This document shows positions 1 to 9,550 of a DNA stretch of 64,000 bases, piece after piece. The stretch is taken from IMG/VR virus record IMGVR_UViG_3300022555_000009; one strand, given 5' to 3'. Origin of the DNA: a virus. Below the pieces are notes generated by a model. That model had not been told where the DNA came from and made no database searches. It worked only from the letters and a program-made list of their open reading frames with translations. Numbering within the stretch: position 1 is the first letter of the stretch; each line of letters begins with the position of its first letter. The position numbers were made by a program, and so were the translations under genes.

Positions 1-2172
1 TCTGTAACGGTTATAAGTTTTACATCAAACACTATTACCTACAGAGTTGTCGGTGGCACTATTCCTACAGCAGGTTCTGTAACTAATATTACTGTTTCTG
101 GATCTACGCTAGTTCTTCCCACAGGATCATTGACTCTACCGGCTCTTGCTGCAATCGGAGATATCCCTTATGCTTCGTCAACAACTGTTCTAAGTAAAAT
201 AACTGCTGTCGCAGTTGGTAACGCCTTTATTTCCCGCGGAGTCGGCACTGTCCCTGCATGGAGTAAAATCGGTCTAGATACATCAGGAACAGAAAGCGTC
301 AAGCATGTCGATGGAGTCTTGCAGATTGTAAATGGCGGCTTAGGATTATCCTCAACTGTAGCCAACACCGTTTATAAAACTAATGCAGGCAATACTGCTT
401 TTGTAGCATCTAATATAACAGACGACGGCAATATACACTTCAATAGCGTTTCTCTAGATACTATAAAGTCTGTGACGATTCCTTATGTTTCTGGTGTAAC
501 TAATCAAATCAATATTACCAACACGGACACCATTAATAACACCACTGCTATTAATATCAGTAAAACGAATTCGCCAGGTGGTGCGTACAATGTTTATGGT
601 TTGCAGGTTGCTCTCAATACAACAGGCGGTACAAACGCTTACGGAACTTACTATAACGTCATTGGTACAGTAACTAACAAGTATGCTATATACATTGCGG
701 CAGGTTTAATCAATTCGGCTGACGCAACGGAAGCTAGTCAAGGCGCAGGATCGCTGATCCTAGCTGGCGGTATGTACATCGTTAAGAAAGCATATTGTGA
801 CGGCGGCGTATATCTACTAAACAATGCCGCGTACTACACAGCATTGGTTGGAGCCTCTGGAGCTTCCGGTCAATCTACAATAACTCTTAACGCCAATAGT
901 GGAAGCAGAACAATTTCTCTATCAGGAAGCTTAACGGTAGGCACCGGCGGAATCACATTAACTCCTAATGCGGCAGGGACCACATTAAGTATTACTAATA
1001 CTGCGTTGACTTTCAATTCTACTTTAGGTAACACAGGAGTTCTCATTGCTTCTTCCGCAAATACTATAGACACAGAAGCTCAACTATCGATAACTCGAGG
1101 CGGAACAGGCACAAGCACTTTCACGGGAACCGGTAAAAATGTATTCGACAATGGCCCTATATTGATTACTCCCACTCTCGGGGTTGCATCCGCAACCTCT
1201 ATCAACGGATTAACTATATCATCATCTACAGGAACCTTGACGATAACAAATCTTAAAACACTCTCTGTAAGTAATACGCTTACTCTAGCTGGAACTGATG
1301 GTAAAGCAGCAACATTCAATGATAACTTTACCACAGGAACTTTAACTAGCGGCTATGTCATATACGCTTCAGCAGCGAATACAATTGCATCGGAAGCGAT
1401 TTTATCTACTTCTCGGGGTGGAACTGGAAACGGATTTACTAAATTCTCTGGTCCTGCGTCAGCAGAAAAAACAAAAACTTTGAGAGACGCCTCTGATACT
1501 ATTCTTGAATTGGGAGGCTCTTATACCCCAACAGGAACTTGGAATTGGGGCAGTGCCACTATTTCAAACCTAACAGCTAGTGCTGTCGGCGCGGCCAATA
1601 TCACAGGAACAACCTTGTCCTCAACGGTTACGTCGTCTAGCTTGACGTCCTTTGGAGCTTCAATTGCTCTAGGCACTCCAGCTTCGGGCACTCTAACTAA
1701 CTGCTCATTCCCAACATTAAATCAAAGCACTACAGGTCAGGCAGGCAGCGTGGCTAATAACTTGAATTTTACCAATACCTTTTCCTCCGGAGGAACAACT
1801 GCTTACAATGGTGCTGCAGTTCGAACAATATATGTTCCAGGACAAAACTTAGAGACAGGGGCTACGGTGACATTCTCTACAGTTACCGCCGCTTCCTTCA
1901 ACTCAACTTCCTTGAGGGCATTGAAGAAAAATATCAATGATTTTACTCAGTCCTCCTTAGATATTATTGACACAGTGAAGGTAGTGTCCTTCAATATGAA
2001 AGACGACGATGTCTATCACGTAGGCTTTATCGCTGACGATACACATGAGTACTTAGCAACTAGGGATCACAACAAGATGGATTTGGGAAACTCAGTAGGT
2101 TTGTTGATAAAAGGTATGCAAGAGCTTAGGGAAGAAAATAGAAAATTAAAGTCACTATTAGGAGTGGTGTAA
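1..2172 (+). CDS. Tail fibre protein, C-terminal part, with intramolecular chaperone (peptidase S74-like) domain; 5' end lies upstream of the window
   Basis: The frame is open from base 1. The protein is a Thr/Gly/Ser-rich beta-strand type. Its C-terminus has TSLRALKKNI...HVGFIA...LLIKGMQEL plus a coiled coil, the typical S74 autocleavage chaperone pattern. Confidence 0.85.
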   Translation, partial: SVTVISFTSNTITYRVVGGTIPTAGSVTNITVSGSTLVLPTGSLTLPALAAIGDIPYASSTTVLSKITAVAVGNAFISRGVGTVPAWSKIGLDTSGTESVKHVDGVLQIVNGGLGLSSTVANTVYKTNAGNTAFVASNITDDGNIHFNSVSLDTIKSVTIPYVSGVTNQINITNTDTINNTTAINISKTNSPGGAYNVYGLQVALNTTGGTNAYGTYYNVIGTVTNKYAIYIAAGLINSADATEASQGAGSLILAGGMYIVKKAYCDGGVYLLNNAAYYTALVGASGASGQSTITLNANSGSRTISLSGSLTVGTGGITLTPNAAGTTLSITNTALTFNSTLGNTGVLIASSANTIDTEAQLSITRGGTGTSTFTGTGKNVFDNGPILITPTLGVASATSINGLTISSSTGTLTITNLKTLSVSNTLTLAGTDGKAATFNDNFTTGTLTSGYVIYASAANTIASEAILSTSRGGTGNGFTKFSGPASAEKTKTLRDASDTILELGGSYTPTGTWNWGSATISNLTASAVGAANITGTTLSSTVTSSSLTSFGASIALGTPASGTLTNCSFPTLNQSTTGQAGSVANNLNFTNTFSSGGTTAYNGAAVRTIYVPGQNLETGATVTFSTVTAASFNSTSLRALKKNINDFTQSSLDIIDTVKVVSFNMKDDDVYHVGFIADDTHEYLATRDHNKMDLGNSVGLLIKGMQELREENRKLKSLLGVV

Positions 2173-3297
2173 ATGTCAGAAGGATTTAAGACATATATAT
2201 CAGGTTCTTACTGGGTATTAAGTACAGTATTTGAGCCTAAGAATGCAGACGCCACTACACCAAACTCCACTATTGGTAATCATTTTATGGATGGAGGATC
2301 CCCTATATACAACCTCTATTTAGCAAGGAATACAGCATCAGTAGGCGATAGTGTGGGTCTGGTTCAAGCAGCTAATGTAGGGTTCACTTATCAAGGCACT
2401 GATATTTCCGCTTATTTTCAAAAAGTGGGGTATGGCCCCGGAACCACCATTGTTCATCAAGCTACCTCTGCTGGTTCCACCGTCTATTCCTGTCCCGGGC
2501 CCGGGCCCGGAACAAATAAAAAAGTTCGCCATGCCTTTTTCATTGCGGGTGGAGGAGGTGGAGGTGGGGCAGGTGGTGATAATGCTGGAACCTATGGAGG
2601 TGGAGGTGGAGGTGGAGGTGGGGCTGCGGGATATTATAATTCTGGTGTAGTTGACTTACCCAGCGGTAGTATTAGTATTACTGTAGGTGCTGCCGGTACT
2701 GGGGGGACCACGCCCTCAGCAACGGGGGTAGCTGGGGGGTATTCAGCTATAGAAGGATACTATAATGTAAATGGGGGAACTGGAGGCGTGGGAGGCTATA
2801 GTGGACTTCCGGGTAGTGGGGGATATGGTGGAGTTGGAGGGTTTGGTGGTGGTCTAGGAAATTACATTGCATATGATACCTCACAATCTAGGGCTGTTCA
2901 AGGACAACCATCCTCTACAACTAATACAGCAACAATAACTGTAAGGAACTCAGCTACCATTACCAATACCTCTGGGGTTGGAGGACTTGGAGGCCAGAAT
3001 GGAAGAGGAACCATTGTTATAATACAAGAGTCTGAGGCTTATAGAACTCCGGGGGGAGGAGGGGGGGGAGGAGGGGGAGGATGCCTTGTTGGCTCAAACT
3101 CTGGTGGTGCTGGTGGGGCTGGGGGTAATGATAGATTTAATGGGCCGTGGGGGTCATCCACAGGAGGAGCAGGAGGTACACCTACTAACTTTGGAGGAGG
3201 TGGAGGAGGTGGAGGGGGTGCAGGAGATGATCCTTCTCGTCGATATGGTGGTAATGGCGGGAATGGATATTGTGGATGTGTATACATATATTACTAA
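2173..3297 (+). CDS. Glycine-rich tail-associated protein
   Basis: AGGGGGGG runs, SITVGAAG and GGNGGNG.....IYY motifs match glycine-rich domain phage proteins. It abuts the tail fibre gene. Confidence 0.7.
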   Translation: MSEGFKTYISGSYWVLSTVFEPKNADATTPNSTIGNHFMDGGSPIYNLYLARNTASVGDSVGLVQAANVGFTYQGTDISAYFQKVGYGPGTTIVHQATSAGSTVYSCPGPGPGTNKKVRHAFFIAGGGGGGGAGGDNAGTYGGGGGGGGGAAGYYNSGVVDLPSGSISITVGAAGTGGTTPSATGVAGGYSAIEGYYNVNGGTGGVGGYSGLPGSGGYGGVGGFGGGLGNYIAYDTSQSRAVQGQPSSTTNTATITVRNSATITNTSGVGGLGGQNGRGTIVIIQESEAYRTPGGGGGGGGGGCLVGSNSGGAGGAGGNDRFNGPWGSSTGGAGGTPTNFGGGGGGGGGAGDDPSRRYGGNGGNGYCGCVYIYY

Positions 3298-3318
3298 CTA
3301 AAAATAGGAGAGAATAAA

Positions 3319-3732
3319 TTGGCATTATTGGCGTATAGTTTTGATACAGGCTATGCAGAAAAACTTGATAATATCTATCTAAAGATAGTTAATATCTCTT
3401 TTAACTCATATAATACCCAAGTTCTTATTGATATGCAAGCTTGGCTAACTAAAGAATCTAGAGAACAGGCTAAAAAAGTTGATGAAATAGAACTAAGATT
3501 AAAGTTAGGAAAAAAAGAAAATCAGACAGACGAAGAATGGATAGAATTTGAGAACAATGCAAAGATAATGTATAGGCCTCAACCACTAGCTACTTGGCAG
3601 ACGGGGTGTAGAGCGGTAGATATAGATGTACACTCTATTGATTTACTTGATCCTAACAGTATGTTAAGTTCTGCTTATCAATATTTAAAAGATAATTTCA
3701 AACCTGAGATACATAATTTTAAGGATGTTTAA
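3319..3732 (+). CDS. Hypothetical protein, possibly fibre-associated
   Basis: AGGAGAG RBS precedes a TTG start. The C-terminus is AYQYLK...FKDV, a pattern often seen in small genes after fibre genes. Confidence 0.6.
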   Translation: MALLAYSFDTGYAEKLDNIYLKIVNISFNSYNTQVLIDMQAWLTKESREQAKKVDEIELRLKLGKKENQTDEEWIEFENNAKIMYRPQPLATWQTGCRAVDIDVHSIDLLDPNSMLSSAYQYLKDNFKPEIHNFKDV

Positions 3733-4454
3733 TGTCTATTTCCATTATAATTCCCTGTTATAATCAAAGTGAGTTTTTATTAGAAGCAATAAATAGTTGT
3801 ATTAATCAATCTAAGAAAGCTGATGAAATCATTGTTTTATTAATGGACAAAAGAAGTTGGGAATTAAAGGAATATCTGGAATCACTTAACATAATATGTA
3901 TAGTAAGCCCTCAATTATCTCTTACTAAGGCAAGAAATATGCTTATTGCAAATACAAAATCTACATATATCATACCATTAGATGCTGATGATTATCTTCC
4001 TTTGAATTTCATTGAGGAGACATCTAAAATAGATAGTGACATTGTCTATGTGGATAGCAGGGTGCTAGGTAATGGTATGGATATAATCACTAGGACTCCT
4101 GATATTGTTCAAAAAAGGCATTTTACTTCAAAGCATCCATTAATACGAACTACAGCACTTTTTAAGAAAACTGTATGGTTTGATATCGGTGGTTATAATG
4201 AAGATTTTACTTATGGACACGAATGCTGGGAATTTTGGTATAGAGCATTTTTTCTAGGAAAATCTTTTAAAAAATGCCATACTACTTATTATATATATAA
4301 ACAATATCCTACTAACGGAAGAGCTTATATCGCTCGTGATAATTTTCAGATAATAAGAAAACAATTAAAAGAATTGTATCCCGGAGATTTTGAAGTGATC
4401 AGCCGTAGAAATATCCCACCAAAAGAAAGAAAGAATTTCGCGAATCTAAAGTAA
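3732..4454 (+). CDS. Glycosyltransferase family 2
   Basis: ISIIIPCYN start, ARN, LDADD (DxD motif) and IGGYNE. Confidence 0.9.
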   Translation: MSISIIIPCYNQSEFLLEAINSCINQSKKADEIIVLLMDKRSWELKEYLESLNIICIVSPQLSLTKARNMLIANTKSTYIIPLDADDYLPLNFIEETSKIDSDIVYVDSRVLGNGMDIITRTPDIVQKRHFTSKHPLIRTTALFKKTVWFDIGGYNEDFTYGHECWEFWYRAFFLGKSFKKCHTTYYIYKQYPTNGRAYIARDNFQIIRKQLKELYPGDFEVISRRNIPPKERKNFANLK

Positions 4455-4468
4455 GCAGTATACATAGG

Positions 4469-4475
4469 ACTAATT
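4469..4475 (+). promoter_or_regulatory. ACTAATT putative phage late promoter
   Basis: Recurrent intergenic motif, here upstream of the RBS of gene 4498. Confidence 0.65.
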
Positions 4476-4497
4476 TCTAATAGAGAGGAATACTCCA

Positions 4498-5196
4498 TTG
4501 GATTTTATAGGCCTCACCTTTTTTATACCTTCCACCTTGTTAGTTATATGGGGAACCTTTATAGCTACCAAGTATTACCTGTCGGAGAAGACGCGATTTG
4601 AAGACTATTATCTTCTCCTGGCGATAGCGAGTTTTTTTGGCAAATTTTTACTGCAATCTTTCATCCTAGTAACTAATAATTTAAGTCCCAGCCTCGTTTT
4701 CATGGTCCAGGCTTTACAAACTTGGACCTATTGGTTTTTGTTGATCTTCCTATTCAAAAGAAATTTTTTCGAAGCCAAATTAAAAAGAGTCTTATGGATT
4801 CTTTTGACCTTGATTATAGTGATAGGTAGCACCATCCTCATAGCCAGCAGTTCTTTCCAAATAGATCCCGTCGTATACGTAGCGAAGTATCCAACTCTAA
4901 TGAAGATGGACTATCTCTTAGATGATAGCTTTGTTAATACAACTCAGTACTTAAGAGTATTCATGCTAGGCCTTTGCGTGTGGTTCTCTTGGAGACTACT
5001 GAAAAAGCCATCCTGGATGTTTTTCGGCGCCTCCTTTCTTTTTCTAGTTGAACTTTTTACATTCTATAATAATCTACCCTGGAAATTTCTTCCTTCATGC
5101 TTTATATTCAGAATAATCCAAGTATTTGAATTAATTTCTATCATATGCATATCTTTAGATATGAAGTTATATTTTGGTAAAAGAGATTCTAAATGA
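4498..5196 (+). CDS. Multi-pass (about 7 TM) membrane protein
   Basis: Several long hydrophobic segments and a GAGAGGA RBS. Confidence 0.7.
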   Translation: MDFIGLTFFIPSTLLVIWGTFIATKYYLSEKTRFEDYYLLLAIASFFGKFLLQSFILVTNNLSPSLVFMVQALQTWTYWFLLIFLFKRNFFEAKLKRVLWILLTLIIVIGSTILIASSSFQIDPVVYVAKYPTLMKMDYLLDDSFVNTTQYLRVFMLGLCVWFSWRLLKKPSWMFFGASFLFLVELFTFYNNLPWKFLPSCFIFRIIQVFELISIICISLDMKLYFGKRDSK

Positions 5197-6221
5197 CTGA
5201 AGCTCCTGCTAGTGCAGTAACGCCTGCTGTCGTGTCTTTATTACACGACATAATCAGCAAACCTTTTTGGGAATCCGCTGTGCTGATAGTCCTAGCAGGT
5301 CTTGTGACATTTTTTGTTGTAGGCGGTCTTGCGTTCGCCCTATCGCGAATTCGAGGGGAGGTAGATATAGATTTCTTATCTTTGTTCCGTATAGGTAAGA
5401 AAAGAGAAGAACTAACTTCTAGAAATGATATCAATATCGTAGTAAATAATACCCCACCCTCAACTTCCGCTGAATTCGTTAAAGAGGAGAATAAGCTTTT
5501 GAATGAAATGATAGGGGCAGAAGACATGGTTGAAAAAGATGAGATTATCGCGGAGAAAACTCCTGGTGATCCCGATAACGTCTTGCTTATGGTTATTAGC
5601 AAGAGCGTTAGATTCGGATCGGATATCTCCAAATACAAAGAAGTGTACTTAATAAAATCTCAGATGGCTGCTGCGGAGTTGAGGTCGAATATTATTGAAA
5701 ATATTCTTATAAAAGATTACATGGAGGTAATATATAAGAAAAATTCAAAAATCAACATTCAAGATGACCAGTCCTATCGAATCTTTGAAGAGATAGTCCA
5801 TAACCAGGCCCATAGAAATATCTTAGCAGTCTTGCGTAGATTGTTCAAAGACAATCATTTAACTCAATACGACGAAGAAGGCTTCAATGAGTACTCAAGT
5901 GTACAATGCGAAAGAATAATAACGCAAATGAAGTTATCTATAAATGGGTCTATTCCTAGTTTTCTTGATCCGGGTCGAGAAGCAGTAAATATAATCCTTG
6001 ATCGCTCGAATCAAGCGCTCTTAGAAACCTTCAAAGATATTTTTTCTGAAGCCCGTGTTTTAGCTTTCAGAACAGAGTCAGTTATACGTAAAAAAGAAAA
6101 AGACTTCGACGATGAGATAAAGAAGCTCACGGGAATTTCAGAAGCTCATAAAAGGGCTGATATCGCTTCTGAAGATCCCTATGCTATAAACTATAAAACA
6201 AGGGAATTAAAATATGAGTGA
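5193..6221 (+). CDS. Single-pass membrane protein with soluble helical domain
   Basis: Hydrophobic segment at about aa 25-50. ATGA overlap with the previous gene. Confidence 0.65.
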   Translation: MTEAPASAVTPAVVSLLHDIISKPFWESAVLIVLAGLVTFFVVGGLAFALSRIRGEVDIDFLSLFRIGKKREELTSRNDINIVVNNTPPSTSAEFVKEENKLLNEMIGAEDMVEKDEIIAEKTPGDPDNVLLMVISKSVRFGSDISKYKEVYLIKSQMAAAELRSNIIENILIKDYMEVIYKKNSKINIQDDQSYRIFEEIVHNQAHRNILAVLRRLFKDNHLTQYDEEGFNEYSSVQCERIITQMKLSINGSIPSFLDPGREAVNIILDRSNQALLETFKDIFSEARVLAFRTESVIRKKEKDFDDEIKKLTGISEAHKRADIASEDPYAINYKTRELKYE

Positions 6222-6510
6222 TACTACTGTAGTAAATACAAGCGTTACTGTAAATACAAAGCCTTTGGGATTCTTTAGAGACCCCTCAGGAGACTTGAGT
6301 TCAGGAAGGCTTGTAAAGATAGGCTCTTTTTTCGCAGCCATTGTTATTGGCTTAGCAGGATTAGGTGTATTAAGTTACGCCGCAATCTATCCTGCGGCAA
6401 CAGTTAACGCAGCCTTGACACCACTTTCCAGCTACTGCTTAGGAATTGCTGGAATGTTTTTAGGCGTCGCCGGCGGATCTGAGATCGTACAGAAAGTTAC
6501 TAAAAGTTAA
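6214..6510 (+). CDS. Small two-TM protein, holin candidate
   Basis: 98 aa with SSGRL followed by two hydrophobic helices and a basic C-terminus. Confidence 0.5.
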   Translation: MSDTTVVNTSVTVNTKPLGFFRDPSGDLSSGRLVKIGSFFAAIVIGLAGLGVLSYAAIYPAATVNAALTPLSSYCLGIAGMFLGVAGGSEIVQKVTKS

Positions 6511-6529
6511 GTCCCACTGGAGGACACAC

Positions 6530-6536
6530 ACTAATT
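6530..6536 (+). promoter_or_regulatory. ACTAATT putative late promoter
   Basis: Motif in the intergenic region upstream of 6580. Confidence 0.65.
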
Positions 6537-6579
6537 ATAGAGTTAGGAGCCTCATAGAGGTAAATACAAAGGAGATCAT

Positions 6580-8436
6580 ATGGCAACTATTAAGAAATCC
6601 CTGAAGAAGGGCGGCGAGGCTCGTTGGACGTTCCGAGGAGCTCAGTCGGGAGATTTTTTCACAATTCCAAACGGATTCCGAGTCGCTACCGACGGCGTTG
6701 TTTTAGAGAACAATACAACCGTTCCAGTAGAAGGAACCATTTCTATCGGTAAGGGCAGCGTTCCTATTTTTGGAGCTTATGCCTTCACACTCAGCACTCT
6801 TACGACTGCTACCACAGGTACTATTACTGCTGGTGGTGCGTTGAGCTTCACCACAGCTCTGACTGCTGCTCAGGTTACCGCAGTTAACGCTCTCGGTAAC
6901 ACAGCGGCTGGATTAGCTCTCTTCGCATCTTCTCTTGTAGGTAATATCAATGCAACAGCGGCAGGAGCGGCTGCAGCAGCAGCAGCAACTACCAATCCTG
7001 GATACCTATCCCCTTGGACAGTATCTTCTTCTGGTGCAGTTATTACCTTCGTGGCCCCTGTTCCAGGCACTGTCAACACAGCACCTACCTTCACGGGCTC
7101 AGCTGGTGTAACAATCAGTGCAGCTGTTAACACGGCAGTTGGAGCAAACGACGTTTCTGTTCTATCTGGTTACTCTGTAGCCTCCTTGGCCCCAGGAGCA
7201 ATAACTCAGGTTACTTTGCCTGCGCCTATCTACAACGACGTGGCTACCGGTGGAAGACTTAATACTGTTTTCACAGGTACAACTTCAGGCTCTGCGGGAT
7301 CATATGTTCTCTGTGGAAAGACAGTAAGTATTCCAACATCTACCACGGCCCTTCAAACCGGAGTCGTACTAGGCGGACGTTCTATTTATGTCTCTACGAT
7401 ATCTGGTTACGTAGGTACAGCAGGTATCACTGTTAACGGCGTCGCTGTTACGGCTCTTGCTTCTTCTCTCGCCGGTATCGTTAACGGCATCGCAAATACT
7501 AACGTTCCAGGATGGACTATATTCTCTGACGGCGCAACAATCTTTACAATGATTGCTAACTTGCCCGGTCCGACATCAATGCCTGTTATAGTGACTGCAG
7601 GTCAGTTCACTAACACACCATCTACCCAGACTGTGGGCTTCAATCTTCCTGGTTATATCGCTGACACTTCTACTCCGATCGCAACTACAATTACTTTAAA
7701 CGGTAACGCTGGTGCATTAGCTTCTGCTGTAATCGGTGGAAATTATGTCGCAGCTCCTTATCTCGCTGCATTGACTTATACTCCTACTATAATGGCCCCC
7801 GTCTTTGCTGGATGTGCGTGGTACCAGGGAGTTATGACTGGTGCGCCAACTGCAACTACTCAGATAGTTATTGATGGTGTTTCTTCGATCGCTTGTGGTG
7901 CAACTTCTCTAGCTTCCCTGATGACTGCCATGGCTGGTCTATCAGGCGTTAACTGGATTATCACAAACGTAGCAGGCGGCTCCTTCCTGATGGTTAACAC
8001 CGTCCCAGGATATCACGCTCCTCCTGTGATTTCTTTCACCAACAACAACAACGCTGCTGTGGGTACTATTACTTCTGGTCCAGGATTTACTCTTTCTGGC
8101 TACACCCAGACTTACACGGCAACGACCGCAGTGTTTACTTCTCAGGCTACTACTTATGCGCCTGGAATGTCTTTCTACCCCGTGGTAGCTCCTACTACTC
8201 AGACTTGGATTAAGAATGCGGCTTACAGCGGCTCTACTGGTGGCGTTATTGTATCTAACGATATTGTAAACACCGTGGGCTACTCGGCTCCAACTCTCAC
8301 AGTAGGAAGTACAATCGGTACTCAGACCTATGTGAATACCCTCACTTCAACTGATACTCCTTACTTCTTTACCTTCTCTCGTTCTGAGATGCATGGTAAG
8401 ACCAATGTGTCAGTTCTTCTAAAGAAGTGGTCGTAA
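6580..8436 (+). CDS. Ala/Thr/Gly-rich virion structural protein (head decoration or fibre candidate)
   Basis: AAAGGAG RBS, its own promoter motif and terminator, beta-rich low-charge composition, and codon choice resembling the capsid gene. Confidence 0.6.
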   Translation: MATIKKSLKKGGEARWTFRGAQSGDFFTIPNGFRVATDGVVLENNTTVPVEGTISIGKGSVPIFGAYAFTLSTLTTATTGTITAGGALSFTTALTAAQVTAVNALGNTAAGLALFASSLVGNINATAAGAAAAAAATTNPGYLSPWTVSSSGAVITFVAPVPGTVNTAPTFTGSAGVTISAAVNTAVGANDVSVLSGYSVASLAPGAITQVTLPAPIYNDVATGGRLNTVFTGTTSGSAGSYVLCGKTVSIPTSTTALQTGVVLGGRSIYVSTISGYVGTAGITVNGVAVTALASSLAGIVNGIANTNVPGWTIFSDGATIFTMIANLPGPTSMPVIVTAGQFTNTPSTQTVGFNLPGYIADTSTPIATTITLNGNAGALASAVIGGNYVAAPYLAALTYTPTIMAPVFAGCAWYQGVMTGAPTATTQIVIDGVSSIACGATSLASLMTAMAGLSGVNWIITNVAGGSFLMVNTVPGYHAPPVISFTNNNNAAVGTITSGPGFTLSGYTQTYTATTAVFTSQATTYAPGMSFYPVVAPTTQTWIKNAAYSGSTGGVIVSNDIVNTVGYSAPTLTVGSTIGTQTYVNTLTSTDTPYFFTFSRSEMHGKTNVSVLLKKWS

Positions 8437-8458
8437 TTTAAACGAATTTTCGAAAAAT

Positions 8459-8484
8459 AAAGGAGGCTGAAAAGCCTCCTTTTT
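8459..8484 (+). terminator. Rho-independent terminator
   Basis: AAAGGAGGCT-GAAA-AGCCTCCTTT hairpin followed by a T-run. Confidence 0.9.
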
Positions 8485-8501
8485 AATTTAATTAGAGATG
8501 T

Positions 8502-8508
8502 ACTAATT
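8502..8508 (+). promoter_or_regulatory. ACTAATT promoter, 7 nt before an SD-less ATG
   Basis: Sequence is ACTAATT-TGGAACG-ATG. Confidence 0.65.
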
Positions 8509-8515
8509 TGGAACG

Positions 8516-8959
8516 ATGTACCAAAACCCCAGAACTCTATTTCAGCAGCGTATAAATGGTCTTCTAAAAGATCCGGAATGTTCTCCTATGTTTGAGGATA
8601 TCTTTAAATTGCTGCAGTTATATGCCTTAGAAAAATTAACGCCCAATAAGCCTGATGAGTCAAACTGGAAAACTCTGTTGCTTATGTACGAAGAACTAGG
8701 CCCATCTGGGATGGCTAAGCTCGTGTCCTTGGCTAAAGGCAAAGCCATAACTTTCCCTACAGAAGAAGAGTTTCAAGACTCTGTAATAACTACTTTAAGT
8801 TATTACTATAAGGAAGTAGAGAATAAGAATTGGGACGAAATTAAAAAGATACTGAATCAGCCGGATCTGAATACTATTAAGTTCGGCATTCGCGTACGGA
8901 ATTTCTCGACGTTTATAAATGAACAGTTGTTGAAAAAATTCAAGAAGGTAGAAATATGA
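8516..8959 (+). CDS. Hypothetical protein, possibly Mor-like DNA-binding
   Basis: 147 aa ORF containing LAKGKAITFPT and a helical C-terminus. Confidence 0.6.
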   Translation: MYQNPRTLFQQRINGLLKDPECSPMFEDIFKLLQLYALEKLTPNKPDESNWKTLLLMYEELGPSGMAKLVSLAKGKAITFPTEEEFQDSVITTLSYYYKEVENKNWDEIKKILNQPDLNTIKFGIRVRNFSTFINEQLLKKFKKVEI

Positions 8960-9432
8960 AAAACAAAGATTTAGAGGACGCAAAAAACATGTTAACTGCT
9001 ACGTTGGTGGAATCCACTAAAACACCAACCTTATACGACCCTTCTACAGAAGTAGAGAGATCATTATCTAGCTTTCTTCAACATAGGCTGACCAAATTGC
9101 AGGAGGACGCTTCAAGAGAAGAAACTATATGGGAGGCTATAACAGAGAGAGTCTCTGAGTTCAATCCTGATCAGCTAATGAGGCTTCTAAATATTCTACA
9201 AGAGAATAGTAACTCAGGCGTTGAAAAAATCCTGAGTCCTTTCATTCCGAGAGCAGGGGAAAGAATTCCCCTCTTGCCTGACAACTCAAAGAAGAGTAAG
9301 GATATCGTCGAAGAGACAATATTCAATGAGTCTGGTAAAGATTTGATGGAGGCCTTTTCCGAATTGAACTCCCTAGTGAGGGAAATGGCTAAGACAAGAG
9401 AAACTGAGGATATAAAGAAAGTACTGTCGTAA
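8956..9432 (+). CDS. Hypothetical helical protein
   Basis: 158 aa ORF with an ATGA overlap. Confidence 0.7.
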   Translation: MKNKDLEDAKNMLTATLVESTKTPTLYDPSTEVERSLSSFLQHRLTKLQEDASREETIWEAITERVSEFNPDQLMRLLNILQENSNSGVEKILSPFIPRAGERIPLLPDNSKKSKDIVEETIFNESGKDLMEAFSELNSLVREMAKTRETEDIKKVLS

Positions 9433-9446
9433 AATATACTTTTCTG

Positions 9447-9550
9447 TATCTTTAGAAAGGAGGTGATCCTAATCTAAAGGTGACGAAAATGTACAAAAAT
9501 AAAAGGTAGGAATATGCTAAGAGGCTCTCTGAAAAGAGAGCCTCTTTTTT
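9447..9550 (+). ncRNA. Candidate small RNA with perfect 17-nt complement to the 16S rRNA 3' end
   Basis: TATACT -10-like box at 9435-9440. TAGAAAGGAGGTGATCC (9453-9469) lies within a hairpin (CTTTAGA 9450-56 / TCTAAAG 9473-79). The element ends at a strong terminator. Confidence 0.45.
9519..9550 (+). terminator. Rho-independent terminator between convergent genes
   Basis: AAGAGGCTCTCT-GAAA-AGAGAGCCTCTT plus a T-run. Confidence 0.9.

Noticed and set aside
2540-3260. GGAGGT/GGGGGA tandem repeats
   Set aside because: They are poly-glycine codons within a CDS. The antisense poly-proline ORF is a shadow.
9453-9469. 16S rRNA gene fragment on the minus strand
   Set aside because: The match is limited to the terminal ~17 nt and the flanks do not continue as 16S. 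It is treated as an SD-like element instead.
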